Shown here: piece after piece, positions 27,371 to 36,916 of the stretch
Layout of the letters: every line of letters starts with the position of its first letter
Position numbering within the stretch: position 1 is the first letter of the stretch
Source: a virus
Taxonomy: Duplodnaviria; Heunggongvirae; Uroviricota; Caudoviricetes
Direction: 5' to 3' (one strand)
Length of the DNA: 50,268 nt
IMG/VR virus record: IMGVR_UViG_3300007734_000754
Location: 64,001-114,268 of that record
Notes under the pieces: generated by a model
Told to the model about the DNA's origin: nothing
The model's input: only the letters and a program-made list of their open reading frames with translations
The model's database searches: none
Position numbers and translations under genes: made by a program

Positions 27371-28282
27371 ATGGACCCAATAAGAAAACCTATACCAAAA
27401 TCACAAGTAGAGCTTTCTCAAGAGCTTATTATACCTTATCTAGGCCAAGGTAAAGTTGATACCCCTGATCTTAAAAAGAGAGAACATCAAAAATCTGTTA
27501 AAGAGGATGATGTAAAACTCTTTGCAGTAGGTCTTCAAGATTTTGACCAAGCAATTATTTACTACTTTAACAATGTTATACGTCCATCAGTGATTCAAAA
27601 CGGAACAAGAATTAACGTTCCTTTCATTTACGGATCACCAGAAAAGTGGGCTTCTGTTCAAAGAGATGGATACTATAGAGATAATAACGGTAAGATTCAA
27701 ACACCTCTTATTATGTTTAAGAGAGATTCTCTTGAAAAAAATAGAAACTTGGGTAATAAATTAGATGCAAATCTACCAAGCAATTTTGGTATTTTTGAGA
27801 AAAAATATTCAAGAAAAAATCAATATGATCAATTCTCAGTACTAACAAATAGAATTCCTGTTAAAGAATACTTTGGAGTAATTATTCCAGATTATGTAAA
27901 CATAGTCTATTCGTGTACTATTTTTACAGAGTATGTAGAACAAATGAATAAGATAGTTGAATCAATTAATTTTGCTTCTGATTCATATTGGGGAGATCCT
28001 GAGAGATTCAAATTTAGAGCTGATATTGATTCATATACAAATATAGTAGAACAAACTCAAGGAGAGGATCGTGTTGTTAAAACATCCTTCCAAATAAAAT
28101 TAGCAGGACATATAGTTTCTGAAGCAATAAATACAGCAATTGCCAGACCAAGTAAATTTTTTGCTAAAGCATCAATAAATTTCGGAATAGAAACAGTAGC
28201 TCCAGCTGAAGTATTAAATACAGCATTAGGTGCATCGTTAGTAGCTCCATTAAAAGTTAAAAAAGGAGCAAACTTCTATTAA
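27371..28282 (+). CDS. gp15: Tail terminator / sheath stabiliser (T4 gp15-like)
   Basis: INVPFIYGSPEKW, TPLIMFKR, PDYVNIVYS, QMNKIVESI. Confidence 0.8.
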   Translation: MDPIRKPIPKSQVELSQELIIPYLGQGKVDTPDLKKREHQKSVKEDDVKLFAVGLQDFDQAIIYYFNNVIRPSVIQNGTRINVPFIYGSPEKWASVQRDGYYRDNNGKIQTPLIMFKRDSLEKNRNLGNKLDANLPSNFGIFEKKYSRKNQYDQFSVLTNRIPVKEYFGVIIPDYVNIVYSCTIFTEYVEQMNKIVESINFASDSYWGDPERFKFRADIDSYTNIVEQTQGEDRVVKTSFQIKLAGHIVSEAINTAIARPSKFFAKASINFGIETVAPAEVLNTALGASLVAPLKVKKGANFY

Positions 28283-28305
28283 AAAGTTATATATAAGAAT
28301 AAATA

Positions 28306-29682
28306 ATGGCTCAAATACTATTAAAAAATATTGCAGATCCGGGGAGTATTCCAACCAATTTAGCACAAGGAGAAGTAGCTATTAATACAGCTGATGGTAT
28401 ACTTTTTTACAGTGATAATGCTGTTGATAATATAAAACAAATAAAAGGAAACCCTTTCCCATATACAGGATCAGTTATAATAACAGGATCGTTAACAGTA
28501 ACAGGGTCTACTAAAATTAATGTAGATTATTTAGGAACTTCAAGCATTGCTTTAGAAGTTAATAACACTACACTAGTAGACAATATACCTGGAAATGAAT
28601 ATATTGGAACAGGTATACAGGGTACTGGACAGTACGGAGTTAGAGGAATTACTGATGAAGGAGTAGGTGTTTACGGAGAAGCTACTGATTCTGGTTATGG
28701 AGTACAAGCATTAGGTAATAATAGTGCAGGACTTTATGCTAATGGTAATCCTGCTATTCAAGCAGCAGGAGATGTAAGAGTAGTAGGATCTTTATCACAG
28801 GGTATACAAGTCACTACATCAGGAAACTACTCACATGCAGAAGGGTATTATACAACAGCATCAGGAGACTACTCACACGCAGAAGGAGTACAGACACATG
28901 CATTTGGTAATTACTCACATGCTGAAGGATACTTTACAACAGCATCAGGATCTTACTCACATGCTGAAGGAGCTAGTACAGTAGCATCAGGTGATTGGGC
29001 ACATGCTGAAGGAGCTAATACAGTAGCACAGGGAAACTATCAACACGTTCAAGGTCAATTTAACCTGTCTTCATCAGTTCAATCAGCATTTATACACGGA
29101 AATGGAACATCCGATGCTAATAGATCAAATCTTATCTACGCAGCAGGAACAGCAGTTGAAATAACAGGATCACTAAAAGTAACAGGTTCTTACTATTTAA
29201 ACAATAATAAATTATTTAATTACGGACAATTTTCAAGTGCAGAAACACAATCAGGTTCAGCTAATACTGCGTATGCAATGAAACTTGGCACGACTGATAT
29301 CACATCAGGGGTAACTGTAACAAGCAACGGAACTTTCCCAACAAGAATAACAGTAGCAAATACAGGAATATACAATTTACAATTTTCTTCTCAACTAGGA
29401 AATACTGCAAACAGTACTATTGATTTTGATATATGGTTTGCATATACTGGAAGTAATGTAGCAAATTCAAATACACAAATGACTATAAATAAAGTAGCAG
29501 GTTCAGTAGGTAGACTAGTGGCAGCTTGGAACTTTATGACACCAATTCAAGCAAATGATTATATAGAGATTATGTGGAACTGTACTGCAGCAACAGGTCA
29601 GCTACAAGCAGCTGGAACTCAAACAACACCAACTCGACCAGCAATACCATCAGTAATAGCAACACTAACACAAATAGCATAG
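28306..29682 (+). CDS. Fibre/adhesin-like protein, partial paralogue of 20164..24348
   Basis: LAQGEVAINTADG N terminus, shared 166-bp patch, 5 HAEG repeats, C-terminal beta-sandwich (GIYNLQFSSQL...DYIEIMW...PSVIATLTQI). Confidence 0.75.
   Translation: MAQILLKNIADPGSIPTNLAQGEVAINTADGILFYSDNAVDNIKQIKGNPFPYTGSVIITGSLTVTGSTKINVDYLGTSSIALEVNNTTLVDNIPGNEYIGTGIQGTGQYGVRGITDEGVGVYGEATDSGYGVQALGNNSAGLYANGNPAIQAAGDVRVVGSLSQGIQVTTSGNYSHAEGYYTTASGDYSHAEGVQTHAFGNYSHAEGYFTTASGSYSHAEGASTVASGDWAHAEGANTVAQGNYQHVQGQFNLSSSVQSAFIHGNGTSDANRSNLIYAAGTAVEITGSLKVTGSYYLNNNKLFNYGQFSSAETQSGSANTAYAMKLGTTDITSGVTVTSNGTFPTRITVANTGIYNLQFSSQLGNTANSTIDFDIWFAYTGSNVANSNTQMTINKVAGSVGRLVAAWNFMTPIQANDYIEIMWNCTAATGQLQAAGTQTTPTRPAIPSVIATLTQIA
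28511..28676 (+). repeat. 166-bp near-identical direct repeat, copy 2
   Basis: Matches 20639-20804 at an offset of 7872. Confidence 0.9.
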
Positions 29683-29759
29683 AACTGTATCTTTCCAATA
29701 TTTATATTAAACCATCCTTGGTTTGATCCAAAGAAACAATTCACTATATTAATAAGTAA

Positions 29760-30083
29760 ATGATTAAAACACCTTTTACATGGAATAGTGCAAATTTTGC
29801 TTGGGATTCAAATCCGTTTGGTACCTCGCAAAGTACAAATCCATTTATATGGGATGATGTAGCTCTAATACAAGGAGCAGCAGCAGCATTAGCAGGAGGT
29901 AAATCTCATGTAGATAAATATTTTAAAGATGAAGAAAAAAGAAAGAAATTTCGAAAAATCATCTGCATGGTACAGGGAACAGAGTACAAAGAAACAAGAG
30001 AAATAATTGACAGAAAGATAACAATCTCAGAAGTCAAACTAGTAATAAAAGAAGCCACTAGCACAGTTAAATTGATATTATAA
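29760..30083 (+). CDS. Hypothetical protein
   Basis: 107 aa; N-terminal FTW/FAW/FIW repeats, basic C terminus. Confidence 0.55.
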   Translation: MIKTPFTWNSANFAWDSNPFGTSQSTNPFIWDDVALIQGAAAALAGGKSHVDKYFKDEEKRKKFRKIICMVQGTEYKETREIIDRKITISEVKLVIKEATSTVKLIL

Positions 30084-30664
30084 TGTATAAACTATTTACA
30101 GACAAAACCGAAATATTCGAATGTAATGTCCAAATTGAAGGAGCATCTTTAGAAAAAAGTATAGCTAGAATTGTAGTTGAATCAGAAGAATTAAATCTAA
30201 TGTTCAACGGAACAATTGACAAGAATGGAAAATGTCAAATTCCAATTAAAAAATTAAGAGGAATTTTAGGAGAGAATATTAAAGGAAATCTTAAATTAGA
30301 AGTAATAGCTGAAGATGCTTATTTTGTACCTTGGTCATCTGCTTTTACAGTAGAGGCTGCAAAAAAGGTTACTGTTGAAGTAAAATCTCAAAATGCAAAT
30401 GCTATAGTAGAAAGTGCTCCAAGGGTGGCAGTAACAGGTATTCCTGTTAAGAACCAACCTAAACAGTCAGTAGCAATTCCAATTCAAGAACATATTGCAA
30501 AATTGGTATCAATTTTAATCAAAGAAGACTTTGATTTATACAATTTAAAAATTAAAAAAGATAAATTGAATAACATTATTGGAACATATTTTCAAAAAAA
30601 TTCAATAAAAGAAAATCAAAAACCTGAATTAATTCAAGGAATAATTAATAAGTTACCAAAATAA
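30083..30664 (+). CDS. Hypothetical protein (beta-rich N domain)
   Basis: 193 aa ORF coupled to the previous gene by TAATG. Confidence 0.6.
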   Translation: MYKLFTDKTEIFECNVQIEGASLEKSIARIVVESEELNLMFNGTIDKNGKCQIPIKKLRGILGENIKGNLKLEVIAEDAYFVPWSSAFTVEAAKKVTVEVKSQNANAIVESAPRVAVTGIPVKNQPKQSVAIPIQEHIAKLVSILIKEDFDLYNLKIKKDKLNNIIGTYFQKNSIKENQKPELIQGIINKLPK

Positions 30665-30670
30665 TAAGTT

Positions 30671-32401
30671 ATGGCATTACCTGATTTAACAGGCCTCAAT
30701 ATACAAGACTCCTATCAAAGAGTTGTTCACACAGATGGTACCAATTATTACAATGGAACTGGATCTTTATTAAATATAGGAGGTGGAGGATCAACTTTTC
30801 CATACACCGGTGACGCAGTTATAACTGGGTCTCTTCTTGTATCAAGTTCTCTTATGGTAACAGGTTCACTAGATGTATCGGGATCTATAACTGCTGTAAC
30901 TGGATACTTACTAGGAGTTAGTGGTGCAGGAATTTTTCCTACTAGTAGCATTAGTAGTCCTAGTAGTGTTAATAATCCTGGAATATATATCCGTAGTAGC
31001 ACTCTTCCAACCGCTTACTCTTCTTTGATTAGTGACTGTACAATAGCCCCTCTACTACCTGCAGCAAATTCGCAATTAACAAGAGTAACTTTAAACCTTC
31101 CAAGTGGATTTGCACCAGCAAATGGAACTGGGCAATGGCGAGCAATACAACTTCAACATACTATTAATCAGGCAGGTGGAGCTAGTGGAGTAACACACGG
31201 TATATTTATTAATCCGACTCTAACATCGGCATATGATTATAGAGCACTAGGGCTAAATAACTCATCAGGTACAGGAATTTACCAATTCTTCTCAGGTGTA
31301 AAAAACTTTTTTGGAGGAAATGTTGGTATAGGTACAGGAAAAGCTTCACCATTAGTGTCTTTAGATATAAATGGTGATGCACTGATAACAGGATCTTTAA
31401 CTGTAACAAATGGAATAACAGGTTCTTTATTTGGAACTGCTTCTTTTGCAGTATCCTCTTCAAGAGCAGTATCAAGCTCATTCGCAACTACAGCATCATA
31501 TGCAGTAAACGGTGGTGTAACTAAAATAATAGCAGGTACAAATGTTACAATTTCTCCAACAAACGGATTAGGAATTGTTACAATTAATTCATCTGGGGGT
31601 GGGGGTGGATCAACTTTTCCATACACAGGTTCAGCTTTAATAACAGGATCTTTAGGAATAACAGGTTCACTATCAACACTAGACTTCGATGCTATAATAA
31701 ACGGAGTAACTGTTGGTAGAGGGCAAGGTAATATAGTAAATAATACAGCAGTAGGTAATAGTGCACTTATATCAAATACAGCAGGAAGAGGTAATGTAGC
31801 TTTAGGAACGGATACTTTAAGGCACAACAGTATAGGAGAGAATAATATAGCAGTTGGGTTTTCCGCTGGATTAGAAATTACTGAAGGATCTAATAACCTA
31901 CTTATAGGAACTAGTGCCGGAAACAGCATTACTATCGGAACTAAGAATATACTAATAGGAGATGATAATAGTACTTATCCGGACCTTAGTACAGCATTTG
32001 ACGGTCAAAGTACTTTAAGCATATCTAAAAGTGATACCGATTTAGGAACAGGACTACCCCACATATGGGCACCAGATACCTTTAGAATTGATTCAAACAC
32101 CGGGGAATCATTACTTACAGTAAGTTCTGCCAATTATAGTTCAATGTTTGTTGAATATACTATTGAAGATACAAATGGAAGTTTACGAGCAGGGTATATA
32201 AAAGGTGTTTGGAATAGAGATCTTTCTAAAATAAAATGGACAGAAGATGCGACAGACAGTATTGGGGATACTTCAAAGTACGTATTTGATATAATTACTC
32301 CTGGAAGTAACATTGTATTAAGATTATCAAACACTGATAACTACTCAGTGTATTGTAACGTAACATCAAGATTGTTAGCAAGACCTTATAATCCTGCTTA
32401 A
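30671..32401 (+). CDS. Fibre-like virion protein
   Basis: Two GGGGSTFPYTG-ITGSL units; NTAVG..AL..NT.G..N.A.G repeats; GNVGIGT hinge. Confidence 0.7.
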   Translation: MALPDLTGLNIQDSYQRVVHTDGTNYYNGTGSLLNIGGGGSTFPYTGDAVITGSLLVSSSLMVTGSLDVSGSITAVTGYLLGVSGAGIFPTSSISSPSSVNNPGIYIRSSTLPTAYSSLISDCTIAPLLPAANSQLTRVTLNLPSGFAPANGTGQWRAIQLQHTINQAGGASGVTHGIFINPTLTSAYDYRALGLNNSSGTGIYQFFSGVKNFFGGNVGIGTGKASPLVSLDINGDALITGSLTVTNGITGSLFGTASFAVSSSRAVSSSFATTASYAVNGGVTKIIAGTNVTISPTNGLGIVTINSSGGGGGSTFPYTGSALITGSLGITGSLSTLDFDAIINGVTVGRGQGNIVNNTAVGNSALISNTAGRGNVALGTDTLRHNSIGENNIAVGFSAGLEITEGSNNLLIGTSAGNSITIGTKNILIGDDNSTYPDLSTAFDGQSTLSISKSDTDLGTGLPHIWAPDTFRIDSNTGESLLTVSSANYSSMFVEYTIEDTNGSLRAGYIKGVWNRDLSKIKWTEDATDSIGDTSKYVFDIITPGSNIVLRLSNTDNYSVYCNVTSRLLARPYNPA

Positions 32402-32430
32402 TAACCCTTAACAATTTAAAAATATAAAAT

Positions 32431-33033
32431 ATGCCAACAAGTCCTAATACACCATGGAAAGCAACTCCAAATAAAACAGACCATTTAACAAAAGGGTTTA
32501 CAAGTAAAGTGATATACAACTTCCAATATCAAACAGGAGTGCATGTTGGAGACACCGAGGATGTTTTCGGTGCTTTACACGGTTTTAGTAACAATATAAA
32601 AGGTGACTATCACCTTCCAGACAGCTATTTTGCAGGAGATGATGGTCAAGGACTTAAAATAACTATGTATTTTTTAAAACTAGTAGATGCTAACAATATG
32701 TCACTCGATCAGTCACTTTGGGATAGGCTAGGGAGTAGTGAAGTTCTAATAGCATCACCAATTTATACAACCTCAATAGGAGGAGCTGGGGGAGAAACAT
32801 TAGCCAAATACGAATGCTACCTTACTAAATTTACGGTACCGGGAGATGCGACATACATACAAGCTACAGGAAATATTATATATTCTGAAAAAGGAAATGG
32901 ACAAAATGTAGCTATGACCCCTTTCAACAACTATGCAGCTATAGTTCCAAACAGAGGATATGATTTGTATATAAAAAATGGATGTGCAGATCTAATTACA
33001 GTACTAAGTTTAATGGTAGAAGAAATAAGTTAA
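32431..33033 (+). CDS. Hypothetical beta-rich protein, probably virion-associated
   Basis: 200 aa ORF within the fibre cluster. Confidence 0.5.
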   Translation: MPTSPNTPWKATPNKTDHLTKGFTSKVIYNFQYQTGVHVGDTEDVFGALHGFSNNIKGDYHLPDSYFAGDDGQGLKITMYFLKLVDANNMSLDQSLWDRLGSSEVLIASPIYTTSIGGAGGETLAKYECYLTKFTVPGDATYIQATGNIIYSEKGNGQNVAMTPFNNYAAIVPNRGYDLYIKNGCADLITVLSLMVEEIS

Positions 33034-33035
33034 CA

Positions 33036-33287
33036 ATGGAAACAAAACAGTTATCACAACAAGAGTTACAACAAGTAAAAACAATTCAACAAAACAACCA
33101 AGCAATCACCATTGAATTTGGACAAATTGAATTAGCAAAAATAGATCTAGAAGATCGAATACAAAATGCAAAAACATTTCTAACAGATCTAAAAGAGGAA
33201 GAAAAAACACTATCTCAATTTTTAGAACAAAAATACGGAAAAGGAACTCTAAATATAGAAACAGGGCAGTTTACTCCGCTACAATAA
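33036..33287 (+). CDS. Small coiled-coil protein (possible fibre/tail chaperone)
   Basis: Likely start ATG 33036 (METKQLSQQELQQ...); FGQIEL and KYGKGTLNIETG motifs. Confidence 0.6.
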   Translation: METKQLSQQELQQVKTIQQNNQAITIEFGQIELAKIDLEDRIQNAKTFLTDLKEEEKTLSQFLEQKYGKGTLNIETGQFTPLQ

Positions 33288-33314
33288 TTAAAAGGTGTTT
33301 TGACTCTTTATTCC

Positions 33315-33330
33315 TATTTATTTAAGAATA
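33315..33330 (+). promoter_or_regulatory. Late promoter of the sheath gene, 16 bp identical to the scaffold/MCP promoter
   Basis: TATTTATTTAAGAATA at both 16081 and 33315. Confidence 0.65.
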
Positions 33331-33406
33331 GAGAACCTTCCTGTACTGTGAATGGTTTTATCAAAAGAAAAAAGCATTTAAACAAATTAAAAATTAATTT
33401 AAACAC

Positions 33407-35533
33407 ATGGCAGAATCAATTATCTCTCCAGGAGTATACACAAGAGAAAATGATACCTCTTACATTACACCAGCACCTATTGCAGCCGGAGCAGCCTTTA
33501 TTGGACCAACAGTAAAAGGACCAGATAACCAGCCTCTTATCGTTACATCTTATAGTGACTATGTAAGAAAGTTTGGTGAAACAGTAATTTCAGGATCTAA
33601 ACAATACGAATTTCTTACCTCAGTAGCAGTTAAAAACTACTTTCAAAATGGTGGACAAACAGCGTTAGTAACAAGAGTTGTATCTGGATCATATACTAGA
33701 GCAACTAACACTAACCTATTTGGAACGACAGGTGTAAATAAAGCAGTAGGTTCAGGAACAATAGTAGCTACAGCAATAGATGGACAAAGATACGATATAG
33801 TATACGGATCAAATACCTACGCTTTTATTGCAAGCTCAACCCCAATACCAGTAGATATACCAGGTGCTAAAGTATTTTTCTTTTCAACAGGTTCTTCTGC
33901 AGCTATGACAGTACAGAACTTAGTTCAAGAAATTAATACGCAAACTGCATATGTACCATTTAGTGCATCATATAATGGAGCAGTCTTTGCACTATCAGGA
34001 TCTACAGCAGGAACAACCTACAACGGAGTTACTTTTTTAACAGGATCTATTTTAGGAGAAGCACCAGCTTCACTACTATTTACTTTAGCTGGAGGTACAA
34101 CAGGTCCATCAGCAACATCTCCATTCGCAATTCAAACACTAGGAAAAGGTGTAATATATAACAACTCTACAGGGTCAGGTGATGCAGGAGTTCAAAACTC
34201 AGATGGTTCACTAGTATCAGGTTCAATGGATAACATTAGATGGGAAATTTCAAATGTTAATAGTTCATTAGGTACTTTTACTTTAGTTATCAGACAAGGT
34301 GATGATAGTACTAATAATAAGACAATATTAGAAACATTTAATAACCTATCATTAGATCCAAACTCAGATAATTATATTGAGCAAGTAATTGGTAATCAAT
34401 ATATAGCAGTAGGTACAGATGGATCAACATCTTTTAACTACCCAGTAGGTGAATTTCCAAACGGATCAAATTATATAAGAGTATCTGCAGTAAACACTCC
34501 GACACTAAATTATTTAGCAAACGACGGTATAACAGTTAATACAGACAGTGCGGGAGTATCTTTTACAACATACCTACCTACAGCATCATCTGGTTCATTT
34601 TATGGAGCAGCTGGTTCAGTAGGAGCACCTGCAACGTTTTTTGGAGCTATTACAACAACAACAACAACTGCACAAGGAATACTGGCATCTAATTATACAA
34701 CAGCAATATCATTACTTTCAAATAGAGACGATTACCAATTCAATATTATATCAGCACCAGGTTTAATCTACAAAAATAGTAACTTTACTTCTACAGTAAG
34801 TTCTCTTATCTCTTTAGCAGAACAAAGAGGAGATTGTATTGCAGTAGTAGATTTAGTAGCACAGGGAGATACAGTAACAAGTGTAACAGCACAAGCAACT
34901 ACGTTGAATAGTTCATACGCAGCAACTTACTGGCCTTGGTTACAAATTAAATCAGCTACAGGTAGAAACGAATGGACTCCAGCAGGAGCAGTAATTCCAG
35001 GAGTTTATGCATTTACAGATGCATCTTCAGCACCATGGTTTGCACCAGCAGGTTTAATAAGAGGTGGAATTGGTGGAGTAATTCAAGCAGAAAGAAAATT
35101 AACTAAAGGTGACAGAGATACTCTTTATGCAGCTAAAGTTAATCCAATTGCTACATTCCCAGGTTCAGGTATTTCAATTATGGGACAAAAGACATTACAA
35201 TCAAAAGCATCAGCTTTAGATAGAGTAAATGTAAGAAGACTACTAATTGCACTTAAGAAATTTATTGGTGATCAAGCTAGAAATTTAGTATTCGAACAAA
35301 ATACTGGAACAACTAGAACTAAGTTCTTATCAATAGTAACTCCATACTTAGAGTCAGTAGTACAAAGACAAGGTCTTTATGCTTTTAAAGTAGTAATGGA
35401 CGATACTAACAACACAGCAGACGTAATTGACAGAAATCAATTAGTAGGTCAAATTCTTATTCAACCAACTAAAACAGTTGAGTATGTAGTATTAGACTTT
35501 ACAATTGAACCAACTGGAGCAACATTTGCATAA
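33407..35533 (+). CDS. gp18: Contractile tail sheath protein (T4 gp18-like)
   Basis: SPGVYTREND, GPTVKGP, WFAPAG..RGG, VNPIATFPG, DRVNVRRL, FEQN. Confidence 0.95.
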   Translation: MAESIISPGVYTRENDTSYITPAPIAAGAAFIGPTVKGPDNQPLIVTSYSDYVRKFGETVISGSKQYEFLTSVAVKNYFQNGGQTALVTRVVSGSYTRATNTNLFGTTGVNKAVGSGTIVATAIDGQRYDIVYGSNTYAFIASSTPIPVDIPGAKVFFFSTGSSAAMTVQNLVQEINTQTAYVPFSASYNGAVFALSGSTAGTTYNGVTFLTGSILGEAPASLLFTLAGGTTGPSATSPFAIQTLGKGVIYNNSTGSGDAGVQNSDGSLVSGSMDNIRWEISNVNSSLGTFTLVIRQGDDSTNNKTILETFNNLSLDPNSDNYIEQVIGNQYIAVGTDGSTSFNYPVGEFPNGSNYIRVSAVNTPTLNYLANDGITVNTDSAGVSFTTYLPTASSGSFYGAAGSVGAPATFFGAITTTTTTAQGILASNYTTAISLLSNRDDYQFNIISAPGLIYKNSNFTSTVSSLISLAEQRGDCIAVVDLVAQGDTVTSVTAQATTLNSSYAATYWPWLQIKSATGRNEWTPAGAVIPGVYAFTDASSAPWFAPAGLIRGGIGGVIQAERKLTKGDRDTLYAAKVNPIATFPGSGISIMGQKTLQSKASALDRVNVRRLLIALKKFIGDQARNLVFEQNTGTTRTKFLSIVTPYLESVVQRQGLYAFKVVMDDTNNTADVIDRNQLVGQILIQPTKTVEYVVLDFTIEPTGATFA

Positions 35534-35575
35534 TTTATTAACAAGGTATATTTATAATAAAGTAAATAAAATAAG

Positions 35576-36064
35576 ATGGCAATATTAGATCCAATAGAAA
35601 TGCTCCAAACCGCATTTGAACCAATGGTTCAACATAGGTTTAAGATGAAAATAGATGGAATCCCAGCATTCATGGTTAAGAATGTAAAAGCTCCTAACTT
35701 TACAGATAGTATGATTAAACTTGATCATATTAACTCATATAGAAAAATTAGAGGTAAAAGAGAATGGCAAGATATGGACATGGTTCTATATTCTCCAATC
35801 ACACCTTCAGGTGCTCAAGCAGTAATGGAATGGGCACGTTTAGAGTATGAGTCAGTAACAGGTAGAGCTGGTTACTCCGATTTCTACAAAAAAGACCTTT
35901 ACTTAGAGGTTTTAGGACCAGTAGGGGACGTTGTAGGAGAGTGGATTATCAAAGGAGCATTCTTAGTAAAAGGAGACTTTGGACAGTTCGACTGGACTTC
36001 AAATGACGGATTAGTAGATATAGCAATTACAGTTGCAATGGATTATTGCATCTTGAATTACTAA
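35576..36064 (+). CDS. gp19: Tail tube protein (T4 gp19-like)
   Basis: Follows sheath; FEPM..HRF, EW.IKGAF, I.IT.A.DY; 162 aa. Confidence 0.9.
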   Translation: MAILDPIEMLQTAFEPMVQHRFKMKIDGIPAFMVKNVKAPNFTDSMIKLDHINSYRKIRGKREWQDMDMVLYSPITPSGAQAVMEWARLEYESVTGRAGYSDFYKKDLYLEVLGPVGDVVGEWIIKGAFLVKGDFGQFDWTSNDGLVDIAITVAMDYCILNY

Positions 36065-36085
36065 TACAATTCAAATAAAATTAAC

Positions 36086-36112
36086 AAGCCTGGCAGTCGT
36101 CAGGCTTTGTTG
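36086..36112 (+). terminator. Intrinsic terminator after the tube gene
   Basis: AAGCCTG-GCAGTCGT-CAGGCTT followed by TGTTGTTTT. Confidence 0.75.
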
Positions 36113-36142
36113 TTTTAAAAAGTTTTTTTTCGTATATTTATA
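36110..36142 (+). promoter_or_regulatory. Host-type promoter TTG-N20-TATATTTA overlapping TATTTATA
   Basis: TTG at 36110, TATATTTA at 36133; TTTCGTATATTTAT is identical to 19011-19024. Confidence 0.6.
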
Positions 36143-36172
36143 TATAGAAAATGTTACTAACAAATAAAATTT

Positions 36173-36916
36173 ATGGAATCAAAATTTAGTTTACCTACCG
36201 AAATGGTAGAACTTCCTTCAAAAGGATTACTTTATCCAAAAGACTCGCCTTTATCATCAGGAAAAATTGAAATGAAGTATATGACTGCCAAAGAGGAAGA
36301 TATACTTACAAACATTAACTTCATTAAAAACGGAACAGTTATTGATAAATTGCTTCAGTCTTTAATTATTACTCCAATTGACTATAACGAATTATTAGTA
36401 GGAGATAAGAACGCTATAATGGTAGCTGCTCGTATTCTTGCTTATGGAAAAGATTACCAAATAGAGTATAGAGGAGAGCCTGTAACGATTGACTTATCTG
36501 CTTTAGAGAATAAAGAAATAGATGAGACTAACTACACTAAAGGCAAAAATGAATTTACATTTCAATTACCAAATACCGATAACGTAGTTACGTTTAAAGT
36601 ACTTACTCACGGAGATGAAAAATTAATAGATCAAGAAGTAAAAGGATTACAAAGAATTCATAAAGATAACCTAGCTGAAGTAACAACCAGATTAAAGAGA
36701 ATGATCACATCAGTAAATGGGTTAGCAGATACAAAAGATATCAGAGAGTTTATTGATAAGTATTTACTGTCAAAAGATGCAAGAGCATTAAGAGAGGAGT
36801 ATAGTAAAGTAAGCCCAGATGTAGACCTTAAGTTCATATATACAGACGGAAATGGCGATGAGGAGGTAGCCGACCTGCCTATAGGCATTAGCTTTTTTTG
36901 GCCTGACTCCAAGTAG
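36173..36916 (+). CDS. Tail/baseplate-hub assembly chaperone (T4 gp26-like)
   Basis: VELPSKG..YP, YMTAKEEDIL; located between tube and tape measure; ends SFFWPDSK followed by TAG TAA. Confidence 0.75.
   Translation: MESKFSLPTEMVELPSKGLLYPKDSPLSSGKIEMKYMTAKEEDILTNINFIKNGTVIDKLLQSLIITPIDYNELLVGDKNAIMVAARILAYGKDYQIEYRGEPVTIDLSALENKEIDETNYTKGKNEFTFQLPNTDNVVTFKVLTHGDEKLIDQEVKGLQRIHKDNLAEVTTRLKRMITSVNGLADTKDIREFIDKYLLSKDARALREEYSKVSPDVDLKFIYTDGNGDEEVADLPIGISFFWPDSK

Noticed and set aside
20639-28676. Template/variable repeat pair of a diversity-generating retroelement
   Set aside because: Only 2 of 9 mismatches involve A, and in opposite directions; both copies are internal coding sequence; no reverse transcriptase is in the window.
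35525-35556. Fifth host-type promoter before the tube gene (TTTG...TATATTTA)
   Set aside because: The spacer is 18 nt rather than the 20 nt of the other four, and TTTG lies in the sheath coding end; treated only as a late TATTTATA site.
36861-36867. AGGAGGT as a Shine-Dalgarno-like frameshift stimulator
   Set aside because: It is about 25 nt upstream of the T-run, too far for known SD stimulation; it encodes Glu-Glu-Val, and genes here lack SD sites.
36892-36906. Canonical -1 (lambda-type) frameshift
   Set aside because: The -1 frame reaches TGA at 36904 within a few codons.
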